From the IMG/VR virus record IMGVR_UViG_3300037067_017580, positions 12,860 through 76,859 of that record: 64,000 nucleotides of DNA. One strand, given 5' to 3'. This stretch comes from a virus. Its lineage: Duplodnaviria > Caudoviricetes. Shown piece after piece: positions 8,471 through 17,673 of the stretch; position 1 is the first letter of the stretch, and each line of letters opens with the position of its first letter. The translations under genes were made by a program, and so were the position numbers. The notes under the pieces were generated by a model, which saw only the letters and a program-made list of their open reading frames with translations, did not search any database and had not been told where the DNA came from.

Positions 8471-9083
8471 CCAAAAAATAGAAAATTTTATCAAAGAAGC
8501 ATATGATTTTCCAAAAATGTCGTGTTCTCAGATAAAACATAAAATGTGCGAACTATTAAACAGTCTTACAGGGTTTGAAGAAAGGCAAAGTTTTGTCCGC
8601 AAATATTCGTGGTCTATTCCGTGCAAAGAAGCTATTGATGCGATTAAAAAGCATTCTTTAGATAATAAAATAACAGATATCATGGCCGGATCTGGATGGT
8701 GGGCAAAAAATTTAGAAGATGCAGGAATGGAAGTTTCCGCAATTGACAATAGAATTGGGAAAAACAATCAGTTTGGACATCAAATTAGCCACTTTTTCAT
8801 AGAAGAACAAGACTGCACAACATGGGCGAAAGCAAATAACCAGAATCCTGTTACAATCTTAATGTCGTGGCCTCCATATGAAGAAAATGCTGCATTTAAA
8901 TGTGTAAAAATGCTTGCCGCTGGAACTATAATTTGTTATATTGGAGAAGAAATTGGCGGTTGCTGTGGAAATAATAGTTTATTTAACTTTTTTGAAAACG
9001 AGTGTGAAAAAATTGAAAAAATAAAAATTCCCCAATTTTATGGGATGCACGATTATTTAATAATTTATAAAAAAGTAAAATAA
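8448..9083 (+). CDS. Class I SAM-dependent methyltransferase-like protein
   Basis: DIMAGSGWW, AIDN, LMSWPPY, YIGE. Confidence 0.7.
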   Translation: METKEENNQKIENFIKEAYDFPKMSCSQIKHKMCELLNSLTGFEERQSFVRKYSWSIPCKEAIDAIKKHSLDNKITDIMAGSGWWAKNLEDAGMEVSAIDNRIGKNNQFGHQISHFFIEEQDCTTWAKANNQNPVTILMSWPPYEENAAFKCVKMLAAGTIICYIGEEIGGCCGNNSLFNFFENECEKIEKIKIPQFYGMHDYLIIYKKVK

Positions 9084-9085
9084 AA

Positions 9086-9292
9086 ATGACAATCAAAACT
9101 AAACTCAAATTGTGTCCATTTTGCGGGTGCAGTATCATAGCAACAGGAGATAATTCATCACCATATAACCAAAACGGTGATGTTAGGTTCTTCGCAAAGT
9201 GTACACACTGCAATGTAACAATGTATGGTAAAACACAAGACAATGTTTTATTTTACTGGAACCGCCGCCTAAAAATAGAAAATAATAACTAA
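9086..9292 (+). CDS. Lar-like restriction alleviation zinc-finger protein
   Basis: LKLCPFCG...CTHC...WNRR pattern. Confidence 0.65.
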   Translation: MTIKTKLKLCPFCGCSIIATGDNSSPYNQNGDVRFFAKCTHCNVTMYGKTQDNVLFYWNRRLKIENNN

Positions 9293-9301
9293 GGATAAAA
9301 A

Positions 9302-9427
9302 ATGGATTTGTTCGATGACTATAAAAATGGCATATCTTACATATGGGGAGCTATTGTATTAGGGATATTACTTGGTATATCTCTAAAAATTGACAAAATC
9401 ACCACGCTTTTGGAGGAAATGAAATGA
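9302..9427 (+). CDS. Small membrane protein (41 aa), not in ORF track
   Basis: Hand translation; one hydrophobic helix; AAGGA RBS. Confidence 0.5.
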   Translation: MDLFDDYKNGISYIWGAIVLGILLGISLKIDKITTLLEEMK

Positions 9428-9759
9428 AGTTTTGGATAATGGTAGCGGGTGGCATATTTATTCAGTATGCTCTTGTATATATCGCAACAAATAATGCTTG
9501 CGTAGAATGGATTAAAGCAAGCCCATACTGTTTTTACCCGCTATTTTTTCATGCAGCAATTTTGAATTTTGCGATGTATATTTATCCTGCCTGCAAAATA
9601 CAGGATATATACTTTGTAGAGCTTGACGAATATACAAAACGCCCTAAAATACCAGATAGGGTTATCGCTTCTTTTATATGTGCGGGCATGGTAGCCGTAA
9701 ACTTTATTGCGTTTTTTGTAAAGATGTATCCTATTTTTTCTGCGGAGGCAACGAAATGA
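9424..9759 (+). CDS. Hypothetical membrane protein
   Basis: Three hydrophobic segments; ATGA overlap. Confidence 0.55.
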   Translation: MKFWIMVAGGIFIQYALVYIATNNACVEWIKASPYCFYPLFFHAAILNFAMYIYPACKIQDIYFVELDEYTKRPKIPDRVIASFICAGMVAVNFIAFFVKMYPIFSAEATK

Positions 9760-9914
9760 AAAATTGTCCAGAATATAAATTATTTGAAAAAATTGACCCA
9801 AGAGATTTCTCTAATATTCGACATAATTTAAATCATTTTTGGGAAAGGATGCTCGCACGAATAGAGGCAGATAATTTTGCTGAAAAAGCCAGAGAAAAAT
9901 TATGGATAAATTAG
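9756..9914 (+). CDS. Small hypothetical protein
   Basis: ATGA overlap at 9756; GGAGG upstream. Confidence 0.5.
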   Translation: MKNCPEYKLFEKIDPRDFSNIRHNLNHFWERMLARIEADNFAEKAREKLWIN

Positions 9915-10132
9915 ATCTTAACTATATTAATAGTCTTCCTCAGCCTTTTTTGGTTAGGTTTTTAGGAGACAAAACAGAGTGGCCATTATATGATATTGAT
10001 GTAGAAACAGGCTTATTAAGAATTGATGTAATAGGAAAACTTCAAATTAAACATATTGGAGAAGTTTCTTTCTTTATAGACGACGATGGCAATCAGCACG
10101 ACAGCGATAGTTTTTATCTTATGCAGTGTTAA
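9902..10132 (+). CDS. Hypothetical phage protein
   Basis: Tiling ORF. Confidence 0.6.
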   Translation: MDKLDLNYINSLPQPFLVRFLGDKTEWPLYDIDVETGLLRIDVIGKLQIKHIGEVSFFIDDDGNQHDSDSFYLMQC

Positions 10133-10149
10133 GTTTTCTAAGGAGCAAA

Positions 10150-11085
10150 ATGTTTTATAATTTTATCGGAAACGACATAGCTAAACAAAGATTAGAGATA
10201 TCGGTAAAAGCTTCACAAAAAAACAATGAAAAACTTCCTAATTTTTTATTCAGCGGCAGCGCAGGTGTTGGCAAAACAAAAATGTTCCATAGTTTATGCG
10301 AAGAGACATTTTCAATTCCGGTTTATATAAACGCCAGTACCCTTGATAGCATAAGCGAATTAATGAACGATATAGAAAAAGCCGTTGGTCAATTTGCACT
10401 ATATAAAACAAGACGGTATATTATAATTGGAATTGACGAAGCCCACGCTCTAAAAAGAAAAGTTTGCGACTCTCTTTTAACCTTAATTAGTGAAAATAAA
10501 ATAACTTATAAAAATGGCCGCTATCCGGTTACAACAAAAATTGTTAATAGAAATACTGGCAAAAACGATTTTCTTTCGTGGGTATTTATGACAAATCGCG
10601 CCGGAGAATTGCCGCTGGCTCTCAAATCACGACTAACTGAAGTTGACTTTATTAACTATCAAGAAGATGAAAAAACAATAATTGCGGCAAATATTCTTAA
10701 AAAAGCAGGGATTTTATCAAATAATGAATCAGTTAAAGAGATTGGCAAACGGTGTTGGTCGGCGCGAGAAGTAACTCAAACCACAGAAATGTTAATTTCC
10801 TATCTATCTTTGGACAACACAACAACCATAACACAAGAAATTATAGAAAAATTCTTTAAAATATATGGAATCGACCAAAATGGTCTTGGACAATCAGAAA
10901 AAATGTACTATAATATAGTAAGAGGAGCAAAAAGCCCAATTAGTCTACAGTCTATCGCGGCTATTATGGATATCGGGATTAAAGATGTATCAGACATTGA
11001 ACGTAAACTTATATCGTTAAATATGGTTACAGTAACTCCGCAGGGGAGAATTTGTACCGATCAGGAAAAGGAAATAGGAATTTAA
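10150..11085 (+). CDS. ruvB: RuvB-like AAA+ ATPase (Holliday junction helicase-like)
   Basis: Walker A GSAGVGKT, Walker B IDEAH, MTNR, LKSR, winged-helix tail ending TPQGR. Confidence 0.75.
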   Translation: MFYNFIGNDIAKQRLEISVKASQKNNEKLPNFLFSGSAGVGKTKMFHSLCEETFSIPVYINASTLDSISELMNDIEKAVGQFALYKTRRYIIIGIDEAHALKRKVCDSLLTLISENKITYKNGRYPVTTKIVNRNTGKNDFLSWVFMTNRAGELPLALKSRLTEVDFINYQEDEKTIIAANILKKAGILSNNESVKEIGKRCWSAREVTQTTEMLISYLSLDNTTTITQEIIEKFFKIYGIDQNGLGQSEKMYYNIVRGAKSPISLQSIAAIMDIGIKDVSDIERKLISLNMVTVTPQGRICTDQEKEIGI

Positions 11086-11087
11086 AA

Positions 11088-12125
11088 ATGAAAAATAAAA
11101 CAATTTTACTTACCGGGGCTTCTGGAATGCTCGGTTCATCCATAAAAGAAGAGCTTGCCAGCCGTGGCTATAAAAATGTTCTAACCCCGACTTCCAAAGA
11201 ACTTGATTTAATGTCACACTATCTCACATCTAAGTATGTTATACAAAATAATCCAGAAATTATTATACACTGTGCAGCAAAAGTGGGCGGGATCGTTAAT
11301 AATATTACCAACGCCGATGATTTTTATAATATAAATTTTACAATGCAAAACAATATAATTAAGGCTTCTTATGCGCAAAGAGTAAAAGAATTCTACTTTA
11401 TGTCTAGTTCGTGCTGTTACCCTGTGGATTGCTCCCAACCTATGAAAGAACAAGACATCTACGAAGGAGAACCAGAACCCACAAACGCTAAATACGCCAT
11501 AGCAAAGCGCAAAGGGATGATTCTACTTGAAGATTTGACAAAACTAAGCGAGATTATAAATTTTAAGGCTTTAAATATCTGTTTATGTAATCTTTTTGGC
11601 AAAGAAAAAGAATTTGACCCCGCGAAGTGCCACGTAATTCCAGCACTAATTAAAAAACTATATGACGCAAAAACAAATAATCTTCCAGGTTTAGATGTTT
11701 TAGGGACGGGAAACGCCGAAAGAGAGTTTTTATATGTTGAAGATGCCGCTAGAATTATTGTAGATATTATTGAAAAGAGGATTATAGATAAAGAAATATA
11801 CATAAATGTAGGGCGCGGGCAGGCAATTTCGATAAAACAATTAGTGTTTCTTCTCAAAGAAATTGTGGGATATCAGGGAGAAATAAATTTTACTGGTAAA
11901 ACCGAAGGAATTAAGCAAAAACTTCTTGACATTAGCCGACTATTATCGTATAATATAAAATTAGATAATGCAACGATGGATGAAAATATGTATATGAGCT
12001 ATTATCTTAAAAAAACATATGAAAACTTTTTAGTGAAGACAAAATTTTCCTTTCCTGGAATGAAAAAAGGAATAGTAAATATTATTGGAGCGCGTTCTGG
12101 TGTAGGGAAATCTTATTATCGGTAA
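11088..12125 (+). CDS. fcl: GDP-L-fucose synthase-like epimerase/reductase (Fcl/ColC family) with a foreign C-terminal tail
   Basis: GASGMLG, AAKVGGI, SSSCCYP, EPTN..YAIAK, HVIPALI, REFLYVED. Confidence 0.88.
   Translation: MKNKTILLTGASGMLGSSIKEELASRGYKNVLTPTSKELDLMSHYLTSKYVIQNNPEIIIHCAAKVGGIVNNITNADDFYNINFTMQNNIIKASYAQRVKEFYFMSSSCCYPVDCSQPMKEQDIYEGEPEPTNAKYAIAKRKGMILLEDLTKLSEIINFKALNICLCNLFGKEKEFDPAKCHVIPALIKKLYDAKTNNLPGLDVLGTGNAEREFLYVEDAARIIVDIIEKRIIDKEIYINVGRGQAISIKQLVFLLKEIVGYQGEINFTGKTEGIKQKLLDISRLLSYNIKLDNATMDENMYMSYYLKKTYENFLVKTKFSFPGMKKGIVNIIGARSGVGKSYYR
12069..12114 (+). repeat. 46-nt segment similar to the DnaB Walker A coding sequence (55309..55354, - strand)
   Basis: 39/46 identity by manual alignment. 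Confidence 0.85.
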
Positions 12126-12131
12126 AAAAAA

Positions 12132-12686
12132 ATGAAAACAAAAGCAAAATTAGAAATTTTAAGCGCGTTATTATCATTCCCAACTATAAGCCAAAAAGAT
12201 TGGGAAAGTGATATTTTTCATTCAGAAGTTAAAAAAGGGGATTTAGTTTCTATAAATTGTGCCAGCCCTTCAAAATGGTATTTATCATGGGTAATAGACA
12301 TCAATGATAATAATTGTTATCCTAAATATTTACTTGAAAGTATTGAAGACGGAGAATCTTGTTGGTGGGATAATATAGGGATAAATATATATGATAGAGA
12401 AAAAGTAAACAGAAATCCAAAATGGAAATGGGATGATAAACAATTTGGCTTTAACGAAAAGTGGAATAAGGTATGTTATAAAATAAACGATGCATATATT
12501 ATGCTGCCTGAGTTACCAATATTTAATCAAGATGGTTCAGTAATATTAAATGTTAGAATTAGATTTTATTTAAATAATTTTAATAATCCCCAAGTTTTTA
12601 AAAATTGGAAAAATCTATCTACAAAAGAAATAGACTTATATTATAAAGAAAGTTTAAAAAAATATGAATCTACAAAAGTTAGTTGA
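12132..12686 (+). CDS. Hypothetical protein
   Basis: Long Trp-rich tiling ORF. Confidence 0.6.
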   Translation: MKTKAKLEILSALLSFPTISQKDWESDIFHSEVKKGDLVSINCASPSKWYLSWVIDINDNNCYPKYLLESIEDGESCWWDNIGINIYDREKVNRNPKWKWDDKQFGFNEKWNKVCYKINDAYIMLPELPIFNQDGSVILNVRIRFYLNNFNNPQVFKNWKNLSTKEIDLYYKESLKKYESTKVS

Positions 12687-13548
12687 TAAAAAACTTATAT
12701 TTCCGCCTAATTGGCTCCCATCAAATGTCCATTATTTAGCCATAACTGGAAGCAAAGCATATGGTTGCCATCAAAATAATAAATCCGATGATGATATCGT
12801 AGGATGGTGTTTTCCTCGAAAAGAAACTGTTTTCCCTCATTTAAATGGATATATTCATGGATTTGGCAATCCTCCAGAAAGCTTTGAGGTTTGGCAACAG
12901 CACCATGTAAAAGACGACCAAAAACAATATGATTTCACCATATATAGTATTATTAAATTTGTTCAACTTTGTATGAAGAATAATGCAAATATTTTAGACG
13001 TTTTATTTGTGCCGCAACAATGTGTTATCCATTGCACCCAAACGGCACAAATACTTAGAGATAGAAGAAAAGAATTTTTACACAAAGGAGCATATTCTTC
13101 TTTTCGCGGATATTCGTTTTCACAAATGAATAAAATGGCAACAAAAAATCCAAAAGAAGGTTCTAATAGATATGAAGATATAAAAATAAACAAATGGGAC
13201 AGAAAGTATGGTTACCATCTAGTAAGACTTCTCTTAGAATGTGAACAAATATTAGCTACTGGCGACTTAGACCTTCAACGAGATAGTGAAACATATAAAG
13301 CTATTCGGCGGGGCGACTGGACTGAACAACAAGTAAGAGATTTCTTTGCTCAAAAAGAGAAATATCTTGAAGAACTTTATCAAAAAAGCACTCTTCCACA
13401 TCGGCCAAATGAAGACAAAATAAAAGAAATACTTCTACAGGTGTTAGAACAGCATTATGGAAGCTTAGAAAAAGCAATAACTTTGCCAGAAAAAGAAAGT
13501 ATTTATTTAAAACAAATTGGTGACGCAATAAGAAAACTTGGGTATTAA
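12664..13548 (+). CDS. Pol-beta superfamily nucleotidyltransferase (YcgL/RlaP-like)
   Basis: GSKAYG, SDDDIVG, NANILDVLF, YHLVRLL. Confidence 0.85.
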   Translation: MNLQKLVDKKLIFPPNWLPSNVHYLAITGSKAYGCHQNNKSDDDIVGWCFPRKETVFPHLNGYIHGFGNPPESFEVWQQHHVKDDQKQYDFTIYSIIKFVQLCMKNNANILDVLFVPQQCVIHCTQTAQILRDRRKEFLHKGAYSSFRGYSFSQMNKMATKNPKEGSNRYEDIKINKWDRKYGYHLVRLLLECEQILATGDLDLQRDSETYKAIRRGDWTEQQVRDFFAQKEKYLEELYQKSTLPHRPNEDKIKEILLQVLEQHYGSLEKAITLPEKESIYLKQIGDAIRKLGY

Positions 13549-13567
13549 CAATTATAGGAGAAAACAA

Positions 13568-13828
13568 ATGGATGATAGTCACGAATCAGATTATCAAAGC
13601 TACGCCGATTGGTACGATAATGGCCCCGGAAGTGAAAAAGCCATCAGGGAATCTAAAAAAAGTTCAGCCGAGTACCATAAAAATAATCCAACTTTTATTT
13701 TATCAAAAGATCAGCTTGATTATTACAAAAAAATAGAAAAAGAACACAAAAAACTTAAAAGAAAAATTAAAATTAACAGAAAACAGAGAAAAAATAAGAA
13801 AAACTATTTTAAATTAGGAACAAAATAA
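13568..13828 (+). CDS. Hypothetical protein with basic C-terminus
   Basis: AGGAG RBS at 13556. Confidence 0.55.
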   Translation: MDDSHESDYQSYADWYDNGPGSEKAIRESKKSSAEYHKNNPTFILSKDQLDYYKKIEKEHKKLKRKIKINRKQRKNKKNYFKLGTK

Positions 13829-13831
13829 CCT

Positions 13832-14092
13832 ATGATTTATAAAATATTATTATGGGCTAATAAAGAAAGATGTGATTTAGATGGATACCAACAACAAATA
13901 GAGGTACTTCTTGAGGAAAAACATATATATTCGTGGTATTCTGAAAAATTTGAAAATAATCCACCGGAAATAAATATTTTTTTTAATATTCCTGTAATGA
14001 AAAAAGAAGTTAGTGCTGCTTCTCCTCATCTAGCAGTAGTAAAATTTCTAAGATGGTATAGCAATGGATTATCAGAAAGTTATTTGGATTAA
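13832..14092 (+). CDS. Hypothetical protein
   Basis: Tiling ORF. Confidence 0.55.
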   Translation: MIYKILLWANKERCDLDGYQQQIEVLLEEKHIYSWYSEKFENNPPEINIFFNIPVMKKEVSAASPHLAVVKFLRWYSNGLSESYLD

Positions 14093-14113
14093 ATTACAAA
14101 AAGGGAATTAAAG

Positions 14114-14386
14114 ATGATTAATTGGATTAAAACAATAGAAAAATTACCAAGTGCGGGAATATCAGTATTAGTTTATGATATTGATAAGAATGATATATTT
14201 ATATGCAAAATAGTTAATTATGGAAGTAGCCCAACAAATAATTATATGTGGTTTTTATTTACAAAACAAGAACAAGCTTCTCTTGAACATTATCCTCTTT
14301 GGACAAAAATTCCAGATAATCCCCAAGAAATAATAGAACTTAAAAAATATCTTCAAGAAAAAGACATTTCTTTAAAAATAGAATAA
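14114..14386 (+). CDS. DUF551-like small phage protein
   Basis: WIKTIEKLP...VLVY...HYPLWTKIP pattern. Confidence 0.55.
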   Translation: MINWIKTIEKLPSAGISVLVYDIDKNDIFICKIVNYGSSPTNNYMWFLFTKQEQASLEHYPLWTKIPDNPQEIIELKKYLQEKDISLKIE

Positions 14387-14397
14387 GGAGAACACTT

Positions 14398-14562
14398 TTG
14401 AGCGGCGAAATACAAATAAAGTGCAATCAGTGCGGTAAAGAATTTGAAACAACAAAATATGGCGTAAAAGAACAAAAAATAGAATGTATTAATTGTGGGT
14501 CAGAAGATGTTGAGACTATAGAAAGTAAAAAGAAAAAGGTAAATAAAAATGAGTTTATTTGA
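14398..14562 (+). CDS. FmdB-like zinc-ribbon protein (54 aa), not in ORF track
   Basis: TTG start after AAGGAG; CNQCG and CINCGS. Confidence 0.65.
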   Translation: MSGEIQIKCNQCGKEFETTKYGVKEQKIECINCGSEDVETIESKKKKVNKNEFI

Positions 14563-14655
14563 TATATTGACCTGTATTAATTTTACATGTTTAATTATTA
14601 TACTTATTTGTAGTATTATTAATATAATAAACATCACTAACCGGAGTAAAAAATA

Positions 14656-15042
14656 ATGCCTACGACATGTCCAGTTTGTGGCCGCGAAATTAATGTAACT
14701 GAACACATATGTTCTTGTGGCGCTCATGTTCGCACAATTCGAGCCGAAGCTGTAGTTAGAATGTTAGAAGGGGCTAATGCTGGTTGGAAAAAATTAGCAG
14801 AAATACAAGACACAAAAATTGAAAAATTAGAACAATTAGTGACTAAATATCGAATGGCGTTGGAACTTATTATAAAACATCAGGCGCTATTCGCAGACGA
14901 AATCGGAGACGCATCTGGAGTCACTATGATTGCAAAAGAAGCACTTGAAAAATGTGGAAAAAATGAGATTCGCGCTTGTTCTTATGGAATGCTGTCTGAC
15001 GCCGATAGGTTAATTCTTGCTAAACAAGCCCTTAAAACTTAA
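14656..15042 (+). CDS. Hypothetical protein with N-terminal Zn finger and coiled coil
   Basis: CPVCG...CSCG; last gene of the + block. Confidence 0.6.
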   Translation: MPTTCPVCGREINVTEHICSCGAHVRTIRAEAVVRMLEGANAGWKKLAEIQDTKIEKLEQLVTKYRMALELIIKHQALFADEIGDASGVTMIAKEALEKCGKNEIRACSYGMLSDADRLILAKQALKT

Positions 15043-16301
15043 TTGACGCTTAAAGACCCATTCCATACCTCAAAAGAATGGGTTTTCCTCTCGCTTTCTT
15101 TGTATAAAACAACAAATGTCATAACATCCCATGTGACAAATTTGTTTTTATCTTCATCAAACTTAGTCTTGGTGTGGACTCTTCTCCATGTCCCGGTGTT
15201 AAAATACATTAAATTTTTATTATTTATTACATTTAATGGTTCAATAACCGGATAATGAGTATGTCCATAAACAACGTGGCTGATTCCCTCTCTCAGTAAT
15301 TCGCTTTCTGTTATGGCATTTTTATAATATTCATCAGAGCTTTTTATTATCTTTTCTAAAGATATTCTGTTTATTACCTGAAGTGGCAAAACAGTTGATA
15401 TTCCTAGCCCGATTTGAAGAGCATCTACTGCATCCCACCTTAAAAATCTATCATGGTCAGAAACAAATGGTATTCTCAAAAATTTTTTAGCTAAATCATT
15501 CCAAATATCTTTAACATTATTTAATATTTTTTTACCATAAGGATTACAAACTCCGAGTATCCAATCAGGAATATTTGACATCGGGCGGACATTATCTATC
15601 TCGCAGAGGTCGTTTATTAACTTTGAAGGGGCGTCAGATAATTCGTCCCATACTCGAAAAGGAAAACTATTTAAAAGGTCAATTACAATAGCGTCTCCAA
15701 GAGAGGATTTCTTCCTATCTCCTTCATAGTTAAACTGGTCATAAATATCTCCATGCCGGGCAATAACTCCATGCTCAAAATCAATCATATTGTCTTTAAA
15801 GACAATGCTTGAACAGTCTTTATCCAACAATAAAAAGTTTTCTGCCATTTTTCTGCACATTAATGTTTTATTTACCAACCAATCATGATTACCAATCAAA
15901 TAAGAAAATCTTATATTTATACCAACTAACAAAAATTTTTGTTTAAGTTGCTCAAGAATATTATGGATTTCATCATTTTTTTGATTTGAGCAAATTTTTC
16001 TCATTATCCGTGTAGAATATTCATCAAGTCCATTCCCCTCTATATCTTTTTCGCCATCTATATTCCAAGGGCGGACAATCCCTATATTTTTACCATCACT
16101 TGCAATATTTTTATTGTTAGTCCAATAACTAGACCGAATTATATCAAATATATCACCTAAAAAAACGACTTCCACATCTTTTGCGGAAGCCTTCTTAGCC
16201 ATTATAAAAAGTTGCTCCGAGAACTTCTCAAAAGCCCCCGGATTTATGGTGTTCCCGCATGTCCCATCAGTCAGGTGTATATCTGATAAAAAAACAAGCA
16301 T
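15039..16301 (-). CDS. Calcineurin-like metallophosphoesterase (large)
   Basis: SDIHL, GDIFD, GNHD, HGD, GHTH, NTGTW. Confidence 0.88.
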   Translation of the reverse strand: MLVFLSDIHLTDGTCGNTINPGAFEKFSEQLFIMAKKASAKDVEVVFLGDIFDIIRSSYWTNNKNIASDGKNIGIVRPWNIDGEKDIEGNGLDEYSTRIMRKICSNQKNDEIHNILEQLKQKFLLVGINIRFSYLIGNHDWLVNKTLMCRKMAENFLLLDKDCSSIVFKDNMIDFEHGVIARHGDIYDQFNYEGDRKKSSLGDAIVIDLLNSFPFRVWDELSDAPSKLINDLCEIDNVRPMSNIPDWILGVCNPYGKKILNNVKDIWNDLAKKFLRIPFVSDHDRFLRWDAVDALQIGLGISTVLPLQVINRISLEKIIKSSDEYYKNAITESELLREGISHVVYGHTHYPVIEPLNVINNKNLMYFNTGTWRRVHTKTKFDEDKNKFVTWDVMTFVVLYKESERKTHSFEVWNGSLSVN

Positions 16302-16302
16302 T

Positions 16303-16815
16303 TTATGCCTTTTCTAATAGCTTTTCGGCCCCTTTTTCTATTCTTTCTAAAATATTAAATACTGTTTGTATACTTATATTGTTTTCATGTGCTATTCTTT
16401 TAGTATTTACACCATCTGAATACATATTGAAAACTTTTCTATCTCTTTCTTGACAATTTTTAGAAATAATATCTTTAATTTTATTATATTTGGAATAAAA
16501 GTACTCACCCCGATCATCAGATCTTATCATTTGCTGTCTAAAAATATATCCATCATGGTCGAACCTTTTATATTCGGCTTTATTATAACATATTTTTGTT
16601 TTAAAACTTTTGCGTAAACACGAATTAAGATAGGTAGTAAATTTAACATTGCGTGATGGGTCAAATCTCTTAATAGAATCTAAAAGTATAAAATATGCCT
16701 CTTGCTTTAAATCATCTGCATTTTCTTTGTTTTTTGTGATATTATAAGCTAATTGGCATATCATTTTAATATTTGATAAATATAGTTGTTCGGCATTTTC
16801 TATAGATATTTGCAT
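16303..16815 (-). CDS. Sigma70-family sigma factor (regions 2 and 4)
   Basis: DDLKQEAY...RFDPSRNVKFTTY; C-terminal HTH TKRIAHENNISIQTV. Confidence 0.82.
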   Translation of the reverse strand: MQISIENAEQLYLSNIKMICQLAYNITKNKENADDLKQEAYFILLDSIKRFDPSRNVKFTTYLNSCLRKSFKTKICYNKAEYKRFDHDGYIFRQQMIRSDDRGEYFYSKYNKIKDIISKNCQERDRKVFNMYSDGVNTKRIAHENNISIQTVFNILERIEKGAEKLLEKA

Positions 16816-17030
16816 TATAATCCTTTTGTTAAAACATCAAGCCTTTGTTTTGAAAAACTTTGTTCAAAATCAGGAAAATATTTACTATCCTCAACTCCTT
16901 CGATATATGCTTGCTTAACAAGTTCTCTCATTGTTTTTGTATATTCGACAAAAGAATCTTGTAATCTGTCTAGCTCTCTCCCTGCTTTAAAATTATTTAT
17001 CAATTGCGTCCTTATCTTTTCAGCCAGCAT
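16815..17030 (-). CDS. Hypothetical protein
   Basis: Tiling ORF. Confidence 0.5.
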   Translation of the reverse strand: MLAEKIRTQLINNFKAGRELDRLQDSFVEYTKTMRELVKQAYIEGVEDSKYFPDFEQSFSKQRLDVLTKGL

Positions 17031-17253
17031 GTTCTATAACTCCTCCACAATATGGACAAAATTTCCACTTTCCCGGAATAATAAAAGTTTTTCTACCGCA
17101 TCCGGTTTGATGTCCACGATCTTGTTTAATATATTTACAAATTGTACTTGCCCTACTCATAATTATTTTATCACCTTTAAACCATCCATTTTCTTTGAAA
17201 TCTTCAATATTTATATTATCACCTTCTCCTGTTCTTGGATTTCCTATAACCAT
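17020..17253 (-). CDS. Hypothetical protein with CPYCG motif
   Basis: Tiling ORF; WKFCPYCGG. Confidence 0.5.
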   Translation of the reverse strand: MVIGNPRTGEGDNINIEDFKENGWFKGDKIIMSRASTICKYIKQDRGHQTGCGRKTFIIPGKWKFCPYCGGVIEHAG

Positions 17254-17507
17254 TTTAAATTAATCCTTCTTCCTTTTAAAACATTTACCTCACCACCATC
17301 GGTTATTAAATCATCCACACAACGATTGATTTTTATACCATTTTCCTTTAAATATTCGTCTCTGTCTCTTTTTGCCATGCTTTTGCTCCAGCAGTGTTCC
17401 CATGAACTATAATTGTATCTATCGTTACCACAAGAAAATCCCTCTGTAAAAGCATCTTTTACTTTTTGTTGCCAATATTCTATTATTTTAAATTCTTTTT
17501 TAGTCAT
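17244..17507 (-). CDS. Hypothetical protein
   Basis: ATG 17507 preferred; tiling. Confidence 0.5.
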   Translation of the reverse strand: MTKKEFKIIEYWQQKVKDAFTEGFSCGNDRYNYSSWEHCWSKSMAKRDRDEYLKENGIKINRCVDDLITDGGEVNVLKGRRINLKWL

Positions 17508-17673
17508 TTTCTTTATCACTAATATTATAATACATCCATCCAAGACTACCCCCTCCACGTATTAAACTTCTTCCACAGCGGAGACATGTTATTTTTTTTG
17601 TATTCTTAAATCCGTGGATATTATATTCTTTGTCTTTGTGTCCGAAGATATAACATAATAGTTTTTTAATCAT
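17500..17673 (-). CDS. Small Cys/His phage protein
   Basis: LLCYIFGHK...CLRCG pattern. Confidence 0.55.
   Translation of the reverse strand: MIKKLLCYIFGHKDKEYNIHGFKNTKKITCLRCGRSLIRGGGSLGWMYYNISDKEND

Noticed and set aside
16786-17412. 208-aa + strand ORF, and similar antisense ORFs such as 29720..30325, 41520..41906 and 11459..11857
   Set aside because: They lie antisense to well-formed tiling genes, lack RBSs and have the Phe/Ser/Leu/Ile bias of reverse-read AT-rich coding DNA
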